Part shown: positions 11,476-26,700 of the stretch, piece by piece | Position numbering within the stretch: position 1 is the stretch's first letter | How the letters are laid out: each line of letters begins with the position of its first letter | Origin: Dendrobates tinctorius | Lineage: Eukaryota | NCBI RefSeq assembly: GCF_039654945.1 | Contig: NW_027361696.1 | Span: 14,446,001-14,510,000 of the forward strand | Reading direction: 5' to 3' | Length of the DNA: 64,000 bases | The notes under the pieces: generated by a model | Told to the model about the DNA's origin: nothing | The model's database searches: none | The model's input: the letters and a program-made list of their open reading frames with translations, nothing else | Program-made: the position numbers and the translations under genes

Positions 11476-14400
11476 GTATCTAATCCTGTCCTGTGTGATA
11501 CTGACTGCTGAGCCATGTATCTAATCCTATCCTGTGTGATACTAACTGCTGAGCCGTGTATCTAATCCTATCCTGTGTGATACTAACTGCTGAGCCGTGT
11601 ATCTCATCCTATCCTGTGTGATACTGACTGCTGAGCCGTGTATCTAATCCTATCCTGTGTGATATTAACTGCTGAGCCGTGTATCTAATCCTATCCTGTG
11701 TGATACTAACTGCTGAGCCGTGTATCTAATCCTATCCTGTGTGATATTAACTGCTGAGCCGTGTATCTAATCCTATCCTGTGTGATACTGACTGCTGAGC
11801 CATGTATCTAATCCTATCCTGTGTGATACTAACTGCTGAGCCGTGTATCTAATCCTATCCTGTGTGATTAACTGCTGAGCCGTGTATCTCATCCTATCCT
11901 GTGTGATACTGACTGCTGAGCCGTGTATCTAATCCTATCCTGTGTGATATTAACTGCTGAGCCGTGTATCTAATCCTATCCTGTGTGATACTAACTGCTG
12001 AGCCGTGTATCTCATCCTATCCTGTGTGATACTAACTGCTGAGCCGTGTATCTCATCCTATCCTGTGTGATACTGTCTGCTGAGCCGTGTATCTAATCCT
12101 CTCCTATGTAATACTGACTGCTGAGCCGTGTATCTAATCCTATCCTGTGTGATACTGTCTGCTGAGCCGTGTGATACTGACTGCTGAGCCGTGTATCTAA
12201 TCCTCTCCTGTGTGATACTGACTGCTGAGCTGTGTATCTAATCCTATCCTGTGTGTTACTGTCTGCTGGGCCATGTATCTAATCCTCTCCTGTGTGATAC
12301 TGTCGGCTGAGCTGTGTATCTCATCCTATCCTGTGTGATACTGTCTGCTGAGCCGTGTATCTAATCCTATCCTGTGTGATACTGACTGCTGAGCTGTGTA
12401 TCTAATCGTATCCTGTGTGATACTGACTGCTGAGCTGTGTATCTACTCCTATCCTGTGTGATACTGTCTGCTGGGCCATGTATCTAATCCTCTCCTGTGT
12501 GATACTGTCGGCTGAGCTGTGTATCTCATCCTATCCTGTGTGATACTGTCTGCTGAGCCATGTATCTAATCCTCTCCTGTGTGATACTGTCTGCTGAGCT
12601 GTGTATCTAATCCTATCCTGTGTGATACTGACTGCTGAGCCATGTATCTAATCCTCTCCTGTGTGATACTGACTGCTGAGCCGTATATCTTATCCTATCC
12701 TGTGTGATACTGTCTGCTGAGCCGTGTATGTAATCCTATCCTGTGTGCTGTGCACTGTATCTAATCCTATTGTGTGATACTGTGTATCTAATCCTCTCCT
12801 GTGTGATAGTCTGCTTAGCTGTGTATCTAATCTTATCATGTGTGATCCTGTCTGCCATGTATCTAATCCCATACTGTGTGATACTGACTGCTGAGCCGTG
12901 TATCTAATCCTCTCCTGTGTGATACTGGCTGCTGAGACATGTATCTAATCCTCTCCTATGTGATACTGACTGCTGACCTGTGTATCTAATCCTATCCTGT
13001 GTGATACTGTCTGCTGAGCCGTGTATCTAATCCTCTCCTATGTGATACTGACTGCTGAGCCGTGTATCTAATCCTCTCCTATGTGATACTGACTGCTGAC
13101 CTGTGTATCTAATGCTATCCTGTGTGATACTGTCTACTGAGCCATGTATCTAATCCTATCCTATGTGATACTGACTGCTGAGCCGTGTATCTAATCCTCT
13201 CCTATGTGATACTGACTGCTGACCTGTGTATCTAATCCTATCCTGTGTGATACTGTCTGCTGAGCCGTGTACCTAATCCTCTCCTATGTGATACTGACTG
13301 CTGAGCCGTGTATCTAATCCTCTCCTATGTGATACTGACTGCTGACCTGTGTATCTAATCCTATCCTGTGTGATACTGACTGCTGAGCCGTGTATCTAAT
13401 CCTCTCCTATGTGATACTGACTGCTACCTATGTATCTAATGCTATCCTGTGTGATACTGTCTGCTGAGCCATGTATCTAATGCTATCCTGTGTGATACTG
13501 TCTACTGAGCCATGTATCTAATTCTATCCTGTGTGATACTGTCTGCTGAGCCGTGTATCTAATCCTCTCCTATGTGATACTGACTGCTGAGCCATGTATC
13601 TAATCCCATACTGTGTGATACTGACTTCTGAGCCGTGTATCTAATCCTATCCTGTGTGATACTGACTGCTGAGCCGTGTATCTAATCCTCTCCTGTGTGA
13701 TACTGTCTGCTGAGCCTTGTATCTAATCCTCTCCTGTGTGATACTGACTGCTGAGCCGTGTATCTAATCCTCTCCTTTGTGATACTGACTGCTGACCTGT
13801 GTATCTAATCCTATCCTGTGTGATACTGTCTGCTGAGCCGTGTATCTAATCCTCTCCTATGTGATACTGACTGCTGAGCCGTGTATCTAATCCTATCCTG
13901 TGTGATACTGTCTGCTGAGCCATGTATCTAATCCTCTCCTATGTGATACTGACTGCTGACCTGTGAATCTAATCCTATCCTGTGTGATACTGTCTGCTGA
14001 GCCGTGTACCTAATCCTCTCCTATGTGATACTGACTGCTGAGCCGTGTATCTAATCCTATCCTGTGTGATACTGACTGCTGAGCCGTGTATCTAATCCTC
14101 TCCTATGTGATACTGACTGCTGACCTGTGTATCTAATGCTATCCTGTGTGATACTGTCTACTGAGCCATGTATCTAATCCTATCCTGTGTGATACTAACT
14201 GCTGAGCCGTGTATCTAATCCTATCCTGTGTGATACTAACTGCTGAGCCGTGTATCTCATCCTATCCTGTGTGATACTGTCTGCCGAGCCGTGTATCTAA
14301 TCCTCTCCTATGTAATACTGACTGCTGAGCCGTGTATCTAATCCTATCCTGTGTGATACTGTCTGCTGAGCCGTGTATCTAATCCTATCCTGTGTGATAC

Positions 14401-17120
14401 TGACTGCTGAGCCGTGTATCTAATCCTCTCCTGTGTGATACTGACTGCTGAGCTGTGTATCTAATCCTATCCTGTGTGTTACTGTCTGCTGGGCCATGTA
14501 TCTAATCCTCTCCTGTGTGATACTGTCGGCTGAGCTGTGTATCTCATCCTATCCTGTGTGATACTGTCTGCTGAGCCGTGTATCTAATCCTATCCTGTGT
14601 GATACTGACTGCTGAGCTGTGTATCTAATCCTATCCTGTGTGATACTGACTGCTGAGCTGTGTATCTACTCCTATCCTGTGTGATACTGTCTGCTGGGCC
14701 ATGTATCTAATCCTCTCCTGTGTGATACTGTCGGCTGAGCTGTGTATCTCATCCTATCCTGTGTGATACTGTCTGCTGAGCCATGTATCTAATCCTCTCC
14801 TGTGTGATACTGTCTGCTGAGCTGTGTATCTAATCCTATCCTGTGTGATACTGACTGCTGAGCCATGTATCTAATCCTCTCCTGTGTGATACTGACTGCT
14901 GAGCCGTGTATGTAATCCTATCCTGTGTGCTGTGCACTGTATCTAATCCTATTGTGTGATACTGTGTATCTAATCCTTTCCTGTGTGATAGTCTGCTGAG
15001 CTGTGTATCTAATCTTATCATGTGTGATACTGTCTGCCATGTATCTAATCCCATACTGTGTGATACTGACTTCTGAGCCGTGTATCTAATCCTCTCCTGT
15101 GTGATACTGGCTGCTGAGACATGTATCTAATCCTCTCCTATGTGATACTGACTGCTGACCTGTGTATCTAATCCTATCCTGTGTGATACTGTCTGCTGAG
15201 CCGTGTATCTAATCCTCTCCTATGTGATACTGACTGCTGAGCCGTGTATCTAATCATATCTTGTGTGATACTGTCTGCTGAGCCTTGTATCTAATCCTCT
15301 CCTGTGTGATACTGACTGCTGAGCCGTGTATCTAATCCTCTCCTATGTGATACTGACTGCTGACCTGTGTATCTAATCCTATCCTGTGTGATACTGACTG
15401 CTGAGCCGTGTATCTAATCCTCTCCTATGTGATACTGACTGCTGACCTGTGTATCTAATGCTATCCTGTGTGATACTGTCTACTGAGCCATGTATCTAAT
15501 CCTATCCTATGTGATACTGACTGCTGAGCCGTGTATCTAATCCTCTCCTATGTGATACTTACTGCTGACCTGTGTATCTAATCCTATCCTGTGTGATACT
15601 GTCTGCTGAGCCATGTACCTAATCCTCTCCTATGTGATACTGACTGCTGAGCCGTGTATCTAATCCTCTCCTATGTGATACTGACTGCTGACCTGTGTAT
15701 CTAATCCTATCCTGTGTGATACTGACTTCTGAGCCGTGTATCTAATCCTCTCCTATGTGATACTGACTGCTGACCTATGTATCTAATGCTATCCTGTGTG
15801 ATACTGTCTGCTGAGCCATGTATCTAATGCTATCCTGTGTGATACTGTCTACTGAGCCATGTATCTAATTCTATCCTGTGTGATACTGTCTGCTGAGCCG
15901 TGTATCTAATCCTCTCCTATGTGATACTGACTGCTGAGCCATGTATCTAATCCCATACTGTGTGATACTGACTTCTGAGCCGTGTATCTAATCCTCTCCT
16001 GTGTGATACTGTCTGCTGAGCCTTGTATCTAATCCTCTCCTGTGTGATACTGACTGCTGAGCCGAGTATCTAATCCTCTCCTTTGTGATACTGACTGCTG
16101 ACCTGTGTATCTAATCCTATCCTGTGTGATACTGTCTGCTGAGCCGTGTATCTAATCCTCTCCTATGTGATACTGACTGCTGAGACGTGTATCTAATCCT
16201 ATCCTGTGTGATACTGTCTGCTGAGCCATGTATCTAATCCTCTCCTATGTGATACTGACTGCTGACCTGTGAATCTAATCCTATACTGTGTGATACTGTC
16301 TGCTGAGCCGTGTACCTAATCCTCTCCCATGTGATACTGACTGCTGAGCCGTGTATCTAATCCTATCCTGTGTGATACTGTCTGCTGAGCCGTGTATCTA
16401 TTCCTCTCCTGTGTGATACTGTCTGCTGAGCCGTGTATCTAATTCTCTCCTATGTGATACTGACTGCTGAGCCGTGTATCTAATCCTATCCTGTGTTATA
16501 CTGTCTGCTGAGCCTTGTATCTAATCCTCTCCTGTGTGATACTGGCTGCTGAGCTGTGTATCTAATCCTCTCCTATGTGATACTGACTGCTCACCTGTGT
16601 ATCTAATCCTATCCTGTGTGATACTGTCTGCTGAGCCGTGTATCTAATCCTATCCTATGTGATACTGACTGCTGACCTGTGTATCTAATCCTATCCTGTG
16701 TGATACCGACTGCTGAGCCGTGTATCTAATTTTCTCCTATGTGATACTGACTGCTGACCTGTGTATCTAATGCTATCCTGTGTGATACTGTCTACTGAGC
16801 CATGTATGTAATCCTATCCTATGTGATACTGACTGCTGAGCCGTGTATCTAATCCTCTCCTATGTGATACTGACTGCTGACCTGTGATTCTAATGCTATC
16901 CTGTGTGATACTGTCTACTGAGCCATGTATGTAATCCTATCCTATGTGATACTGACTGCTGAGCCGTGTATCTAATCCCCTCCTGTGTGATACTGTCTGC
17001 TGAGCTGTGTATCTAATCCTATCCTGTGTGATACTGTCTGCTGAGCCGTGTATCTAATCCTCTCCTATGTGATACTGACTGCTGACCTGTGTATCTAATC
17101 CTGTCATGTGTGATACTGTG
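11476..17120. repeat. 41-bp minisatellite (GCCGTGTATCTAATCCTATCCTGTGTGATACTGACTGCTGA) with a ~2.18-kb higher-order duplication
   Basis: Direct tandem repeat; the same irregular block occurs near 12740 and near 14920. Confidence 0.97.
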
Positions 17121-17795
17121 AAGAGGCTGTCGGATTATCAGACATTATGGAGCAGTGGATGCCAAATTATCAGATTTTATGACGCAGTGGCTGTCGGTTT
17201 ATCAGACGTTATGGATTAGTGGATGCCGGATTATCAGAAGTTATGGTGCAGTGGCTGTCGGATTTCCGGTGCGGAGCGGTGGGATTGCAGTGACACCTGT
17301 CGCCTCCTCTCCGCCCTGTGGTTTGGCGCCTCCATTGTTTCCATATCTGGGTGACTACGCCCGTCGCTGGATTCTCACCCTCTCGCTGTTGTATGCAGGA
17401 ATCTGCTGGCAGGAATGTTGTCCTCATCCTCCACTAATTGTGCTAACATCTAAATAAAACTCATAAAACGTGATCAGGCGATGACATGCAGATCAGCGGA
17501 TGGTTACAGGGGCCACCAGCCAACTGATTGCGGGGAGAGGTTAGTCAGATAACTAGTTGCTTTGTTCTCCCGGAGATAAACCACCGGCAAAAAAGTCTCC
17601 GAGAGAGGGTGGCTGTGTATGGGAGACAGCCTAGATGGCGGCTGGCAGAAAGCTGGCATGACCGTCATCCACAGCTGCCTCCCCTGCTGCCTGCACCACT
17701 GGTCCCCGCTCTCTGGATCCCTCCTTACACTGGAAGGACGTTCTGCACATATCGCACTCCAGCCTGATGCAGGGTCATCACTCAAAGCGTTATTA

Positions 17796-18085
17796 GGGTA
17801 TGTGCACATGACCCAGTACTAGCAGCGTTTTGGATGCAGCGCATGTCCGCTGCCGGCTATTGAACGTAGGTGAATGCGCATGTGTTCATTGACCTATGCG
17901 GATTAACCACATCCAATACATTGTATGGGTGAGATTTGAGCCGCCGACATCTCTGGACACATTGTGGACATGGGATTTCTTGTAATCCCATCCATTATGC
18001 TGTAACATCTGGATGCTGCAGGTTGGACGCTGCACAAGTACGCAGTGTCCAACCCCCAGCGTTTACTGATTGTCTGCACATTCCA
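17796..18085. mobile_element. PIF/Harbinger-like MITE (degenerate)
   Basis: TTA flanks; imperfect TIR GGGTATGTGCA / TGCACATTCCA; palindromic interior. Confidence 0.5.
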
Positions 18086-18249
18086 TTATACTTCCACTTG
18101 TGGTGTAATAGTGGTTTTGGAGATGAGAGAAAAAAAAATAAAAATCATTCAAAAAGCGGTTCTCCTGGTGTAATATTCCTTTATCACTATTCATTTTTTG
18201 CATACTGATCTCAGTCTTTTACTCAAGTCCTCAGGTCAAGTCTAAAGCT

Positions 18250-19130
18250 TTAGGCCATAGCCGGAGGACTGGATCCAAGGACTGAAACTGAGATTAGGAT
18301 ATGTAGATTGGATCTGATGACTGAAGCCAAAAGAACCTACCTGAACATTTTATATAAATCCCGAGAACTGGACCTGAGGAATGGAGCTGAGAACTGCAGC
18401 TGGGGTTAGAGTCTGAAGACTGGACCAAAGAATATACCCAAGGACTAAATGCACTGTCTGGATCTAATCGGGAACTCAGGTCGGGAGCTGAGGGTGGCAC
18501 TTTAGGAATAGAGGTAAGAACTGGACTAAAGTCAACTGGATTCAAACCCTATAGTTGAAGATTGGACTCTAGGACCAGAGCATAGAACTGGGGCTGAGGA
18601 CTTGACCTTGGGATCTGGCCTAAGGAGTGGGAAGAAGGAGCAGAGCTGAGGACTAGACTGGAGCTGAGGACTGGACCCATAGACAAGATCTGAGGGGTGG
18701 AATTGAGGCATGGACACGAGAACTAGACTAGAGCTGAGGATGAGACCTGAGGGCTGGAGTTGTGGTATGGACCCAGGGACTAGACTGGAGCTGAGGATTG
18801 GACCACCAGATGAGATCTGAGGGCTGGAATTGTGGCATGGACCTGATGAGTAGACTGCAGATGAGGGCTGGAATTGTGGCATGGACCCGAGGAGTAGACT
18901 GGAGCTGAGGACTGAACTCATAGACAAGATCTGAGGGCTGGAATTGTGGCATGGACTCGAGGACTAGACTGGAGATGAGGACTTGACCTGTAAGACCAAA
19001 GCTGAGGGCTGGATTTGTGGCATGGACCAAAGGACTAGACTGGAGCTGAAGACTGGATGGACCTGTAGACCGGATCTGAGGGTCACTGATCTAGGAGACT
19101 GCTTGTGGCTTTGGGCAGATTTTGGAGCTG
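18250..19130. repeat. Degenerate tandem repeat upstream of the claudin (GACTAGACTGGAGCTGAGGA / GGGCTGGAATTGTGGCATGGA motifs)
   Basis: The motifs recur every ~55-75 bp. Confidence 0.75.
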
Positions 19131-19464
19131 CTCGACTACAATATTCGTCTACTTATATTCTGCTTCCCTCCCGCTGATTTTGTGGATTATTCATGAGGTT
19201 CCCGCCCTGCATCGCCTGAAGGAAATTCTTGACAATTATCAATTCTCCTAGAATTGAAAACAAAGAGATTAAAAATAGTGAAGACCCTGTGTCCCCTGCA
19301 CGTGTGGTGGGGGACTAAGGGCATTGTCTAGGTCCTGTCCCGTTCTCACTCTCATGAACCCTGTCGTCCGTGGCCTCTATTGTGTGAGATAATTAGTGTC
19401 CTCATTCTGTAGAGTAGTCATCATCCCGACATTCCTCCCATTGTCTCCTGCACGTGACTTGATG

Positions 19465-19470
19465 TATAAG
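19465..19470 (+). promoter_or_regulatory. Candidate TATA-like box (TATAAG) for the claudin gene
   Basis: 85 nt upstream of the claudin ATG; motif only. Confidence 0.35.
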
Positions 19471-19549
19471 TTTGTGTCGCTGTCCGGGGCGGTTCAGTCG
19501 CTTCTGGCTCGTGCTTCGTATCTGAGGGAAAGTCTCCTACCCGACAGCC

Positions 19550-20266
19550 ATGATCTGCTGCCTGCTCCATATTATCGGCCTCCTCTGCGGAACCATCGGT
19601 ATGATCCTCACCTGGATCGTCACCATCATGCCTTACTGGAGGCTGGTTGTCCTGGCTGAGAACAATGACCTGGTCATTGATGGTGGCAGGATTGACGGTG
19701 AGTGGATCAGCCGCTGGGACGGGCTGTGGCTCACGTGTCTGAAGCAGTTCCGGATAAGTATGGAATGCGACAACTACGGCTCCATGGTGTCGCTCACCGC
19801 CGACCTGAAAGCTGCCCGCATCTTCATGAGTTTCGCTGTTGCCATGTCTGTCCTTGCCTTCATATTCTCCATAATCGGCTTCATTCTCACCCAGTGCTGC
19901 CGATGCGACGACAAAGACAGTGAGCGCAATTGCTTCACCCTGACCGCAGGACTCCTGTACTTTCTCAGCACCGTCCTCGTCCTCATCCCCGTCATCTGGA
20001 CTACGGTTAACATCTCGCGCCGCGCCTATGACGCTTCAATTACCAGGGGAGCAGTGCGAATCGAGATTGGCCAAGCTCTGCTGCTGGCGTGGCCCAATAT
20101 CATCTTCCTCCTGGGCGGGGGGATAATCCTGAGCTGCCTCTGCTGCTTCTGCGCAATGAGCACCTGCTGCACCAGGGAACCCTACAAACAACGGGTCGCT
20201 GCATGCAAGCCATACGCAGCCAAAGAGGAGAGAGTCAGCTGCAGTCCCCGCATGGAGTATCTATAA
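19550..20266 (+). CDS. Claudin-8/17-like tight-junction protein, single-exon, 238 aa
   Basis: Claudin signature W..GLW..C..C (MPYWR..ENN..WDGLWLTC..MEC), DLKAAR, LIPVIW, EIGQAL, four hydrophobic helices, C-terminal PDZ-type YL; context GCCATGA; ATTAAA at 20980. Confidence 0.93.
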   Translation: MICCLLHIIGLLCGTIGMILTWIVTIMPYWRLVVLAENNDLVIDGGRIDGEWISRWDGLWLTCLKQFRISMECDNYGSMVSLTADLKAARIFMSFAVAMSVLAFIFSIIGFILTQCCRCDDKDSERNCFTLTAGLLYFLSTVLVLIPVIWTTVNISRRAYDASITRGAVRIEIGQALLLAWPNIIFLLGGGIILSCLCCFCAMSTCCTREPYKQRVAACKPYAAKEERVSCSPRMEYL

Positions 20267-21114
20267 GGACAGCAGAAAACGCAACCTTAGACCCACCAAA
20301 CTCATCTGTCAGCTGTACAGGTGGGGCAGAATGGATTGCAGCTCTGCTAAGTCAATGCACAGGTTGGACACAAATTTGCAGTGCAGCGGGTGGTTGGGCC
20401 CAAGGGTCTTATGAGGTCCGAATATCCCCTCATACGGCGTCAAAGAAGGTTCTGGACCAGCCTCCATTGTGACATGTCATTTATTCAGTACCGTGGCTTT
20501 AACTGTGCGGTGATTATGATCTGTCCATCCATAATACTGTGGACTACAGACGTGGCCCCTAGAGGCCCAGGAGCCGCACTGTGTATTGCCATCATGTAAT
20601 TATATGGACTGACCTGTGATTTTGTCATATCTTATGGCGGACAGCAGGGGTGCACCGCTCATGACCATCACTCCCAATGTGACCAGGGCAGCAGCCCAGA
20701 ACCGCAGCATCGACGCTTCACTACATTTCTCTATTCTGTAAACCGTCTGCTGCTTCCTGGAAACCATCAACAAGTAGGTCACTGGCTGCTATCTATAACA
20801 TGTCAGTACCTTCGCATTGTAAGGGGAGCAGATGACGGACACCACAGTCTGCTACTGCACGGCTGGAAGTGGCTGATAAAAGGAAGCAATAGACATTATT
20901 TCTAATCATTATTACTTATCCCCACATCATGTAACAATTTATTTATTTCTGTGATTATTGTGAACCGGAATGTAATAGCATTAAAGATGATGAGAGTAGT
21001 AGTCCTGTGTCTGGTGGACGTGTTCTTCTGTCCCAACAATTTACATGATTCAGGAAAGACATCAGAAAATATTCCCTGATCACCGCTGTATCCTGGGAGT
21101 TACTCTCAGCATTA

Positions 21115-21278
21115 GGCCACATTCACACGTTCAGTCTTTTACATCAGTATTTGTAACCAGGAGAACAATCAGGAAAGGTAAAGACACATCAACACTCCAG
21201 TATTATCACCCACTCCCGGTTTTGGCTACAAATACTGATGTATAATACTGACCAAATACTGAACATGTGAACGTTGCC
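21115..21278. mobile_element. PIF/Harbinger-like MITE
   Basis: TTA TSD; TIR GGCCACATTCACACGTTCAGT / ACTGAACATGTGAACGTTGCC. Confidence 0.7.
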
Positions 21279-21299
21279 TTAGTCATATACTGTGCAAAT

Positions 21300-21900
21300 C
21301 TGACCTTCATGGAAAAGCGACAAGAAGCCATAAGAAGTCCCATGTAGGGGACACAGCGAGGATGTGGGAGAAGGGGCTCTGGTCAGATGAGACCAAAACA
21401 GTACGTGTGGTGGAAACCACCATCCCCACAATTACATACGGTGGAGGCAGCATCCTGCTGTGGGGTGGCTTTTCTTCAGTAGGGGCAGGGAAGCTGGTCA
21501 GAGGTGACGGGAAAATGGATAGAGCTAAATACAGGACAATCCTGGAGGAAAATCTGCTAGAGTCTTCAGGAGACCTGAGAATGGGGGGGTAGGTTCACTT
21601 TCCAGCAGGACAACAACCCTCAGCATCCTGCCAGAGCTACAATGTAGAGTTTAGATCAGAGCATATTCATGTGTGTGAACAGCGCAGTCACCGTCCAGAG
21701 ACAAATCCAGAGAATCTGTGACAAGACGTGAAAATTGTTGATCACAGACGTTTCCATCCAATCTTACTGAGCAAGAGCAAGTGTGCAAAGCTGGAGAGAC
21801 AGACCCCAAAAGACTGCCGAGAAAGGTGGGCGAGACAGTCCCCAGACCTTCAAAGTATGGACTCTGGGGGCTGAATACTAATGCACCTCACAATCATCAC
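21300..21900 (+). mobile_element. Degenerate Tc1 transposase fragment
   Basis: WSDETK, YGGGSILLWGGFS, KYRTILEENL and FQQDNNP motifs with deletions. Confidence 0.85.
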
Positions 21901-22032
21901 ATTTATCTTTCACAATAATTAGTACTGGTCCAGAATCATACTACAGATACTGACAGTTCCACTGTGTATACAGAAGAAGTGGTACTGTGTAGTGTGTGTG
22001 TGTGTGTGTATATATATATATGTATATACACA

Positions 22033-22079
<47 letters not shown>

Positions 22080-22144
22080 GGAGGAGTGGTAATGTGCAGT
22101 GTATATATACAGGACAGGAAGAATGGTACTGTGCAGTGTATATA

Positions 22145-23765
<1,621 letters not shown>

Positions 23766-26700
23766 TATACAGAACAGGAGGAGTGGTACTGTGCAGTGTA
23801 TATGTACAGGACAGGAGGGGTGGTACCGTGCAGTGTATATATACAGGACAGGAGTGGTACCGTGCAGTGTATATATACAGGACAGGAGCGGTGGTACTGT
23901 GCAGTGTATAAATACAGGACAGGAGGAGTGGTACTGTGCAGTGTATATATACAGGACAGGAGGAATGGTACTGTGCAGTGTATATATACAGGGCAGGAGG
24001 AGTGGTACTGTGCAGTTTATATATACAGGACAGGAGGGGTGGTACTGTGCAGTGTATATATACAGGACAGGAGGAGTGGTACTCTGCAGTGTGTATATAT
24101 ACAGGACAGGAGGAGTGGTACCGTGCAGTGTAGAAATACAGGACAGGAGGAGTGGTACCGTACAGTGTATATATACAGGACAGGAGGAGTGGTACCGTGC
24201 AGTGTATATATACAGGACAGGAGCGGTGGTACTGTGCAGTGTATAAATACAGGACAGGAGGAGTGGTACTGTGCAGTGTATATATACAGGACAGGAGGAA
24301 TGGTACTGTGCAGTGTATATATACAGGACAGGAGGGGTGGTACTGTGCAGTGTATATATACAGGACAGGAGGAGTGGTACTGTGCAGTGTATATAAACAG
24401 GACAGGAGGAGTGGTACTGTGCAGTGCATATATACAGGACAGGAGGAGTGGTACTGTGCAGTGTATATGTACAGGACAGGAGGAGTGGTACCGTGCAGTG
24501 TATAAATACAGGAGGAGTGGTACCGTACAGTGTATATATACAGGACAGGAGGAGTGGTACCGTGCAGTGTATATATACAGGACAGGAGCGGTGGTACTGT
24601 GCAGTGTATAAATACAGGACAGGAGGAGTGGTACTGTGCAGTGTATATATACAGGACAGGAGGAGTGGTACTGTACAGTGTATATATACAGGGCAGGAGG
24701 AGTGGTACTGTACAGTGTATATATACAGGGCAGGAGGAGTGGTACTGTGCTGTGTATATATACAGGACAGGAGGAGTGGTACTGTGCAGTGTATATATAC
24801 AGGACAGGAGTGGTACTGTGCAGTGTATATATACAGGACAGGAGGAGTGGTACTGTGCTGTGTATATATACAGGACAGGAGGAGTGGTACTGTGCAGTGT
24901 GTATATACAGGACAGGAGGAGTGGTACCGTGCAATGTGTATATACAGGACAGGCGGAGTTGTACCGTGCAGTGTGTATATACAGGACAGGAGGAGTGGTA
25001 CTGTGCAGTGTATATATACAGGACAGGAGGAGTGGTACCGTGCAGTGTATATATACAGGACAGGAGGAGTGGTACCGTGCAGTGTATATGTACAGGACAG
25101 GAGGAGTGGTACCGTGCAGTGTATAAATACAGGAGGAGTGGTACCGTACAGTGTATATATACAGGACAGGAGGAGTGGTACTGTGCAGTGTATATATACA
25201 GGACAGGAGGAGTGGTACTGTGCAGTGCATATATACAGGACAGGAGGAGTGGTACTGTGCAGTGTATATGTACAGGACAGGAGGAGTGGTACCGTGCAGT
25301 GTATAAATACAGGAGGAGTGGTACCGTACAGTGTATATATACAGGACAGGAGGAGTGGTACCGTGCAGTGTATATATACAGGACAGGAGCGGTGGTACTG
25401 TGCAGTGTATAAATACAGGACAGGAGGAGTGGTACTGTGCAGTGTATATATACAGGACAGGAGGAGTGGTACTGTACAGTGTATATATACAGGGCAGGAG
25501 GAGTGGTACTGTACAGTGTATATATACAGGGCAGGAGGAGTGGTACTGTGCTGTGTATATATACAGGACAGGAGGAGTGGTACTGTGCAGTGTATATATA
25601 CAGGACAGGAGGAGTGGTACTGTGCAGTGTATATATACAGGACAGGAGGAGTGGTACTGTGCAGTGTATATATACAGGACAGGAGGAGTGGTACTGTGCA
25701 GTGTATATATACAGGACAGGAGGAGTGGTACCGTGCAGTGTGTATATACAGGACAGGAGGAGTGGTACCGTGCAATGTGTATATACAGGACAGGCGGAGT
25801 GGTACCGTGCAATGTGTATATACAGGACAGGCGGAGTGGTACCGTGCAGTGTGTATATACAGGACAGGAGGAGTGGTACTGTGCAGTGTATATATACAGG
25901 ACAGGAGGAGTGGTACCGTGCAGTGTATATATACAGGACAGGAGGAGTGGTACTGTGCAGTGTATATGTACAGGACAGGAGGAGTGGTACCGTGCAGTGT
26001 ATAAATACAGGAGGAGTGGTACCGTACAGTGTATATATACAGGACAGGAGGAGTGGTACTGTGCAGTGTATATATACAGGACAGGAGGCGTGGTACTGTA
26101 CAGTGTATATATACAGGACAGGAGGAGTGGTACTGTACAGTGTATATATACAGGGCAGGAGGAGTGGTACTGTACAGTGTATATATACAGGGCAGGAGGA
26201 GTGGTACTGTGCTGTGTATATATACAGGACAGGAGGAGTGGTACTGTGCAGTGTATATATACAGGACAGGAGGAGTGGTACTGTGCAGTGTATATATACA
26301 GGACAGGAGGAGTGGTACTGTGCTGTGTATATATACAGGACAGGAGGAGTGGTACTGTGCAGTGTATATATACAGGACAGGAGGAGTGGTACTGTGCAGT
26401 GTATATATACAGGACAGGAGGAGTGGTACTGTGCTGTGTATATATACAGGACAGGAGGAGTGGTACTGTGCAGTGTGTATATACAGGACAGGAGGAGTGG
26501 TACCGTGCAATGTGTATATACAGGACAGGCGGAGTGGTACCGTGCAGTGTGTATATACAGGACAGGAGGAGTGGTACCGTGCAGTGTATATATACAGGAC
26601 AGGAGGAGTGGTACCGTGCAGTGTATATATACAGGACAGGAGGAGTGGTACTGTGCAGTGTATATATACAGGACAGGAGGAGTGGTACCGTGCAGTGTAT

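Noticed and set aside
11476-17120. Possible CRISPR array
   Set aside because: Contiguous tandem units with no unique spacers; eukaryotic context; no cas genes.
17155-17822. Short ORFs in the unique island between the 41-bp array and the claudin
   Set aside because: No recognisable homology or convincing splice pair; possibly regulatory, but not supportable as CDS.
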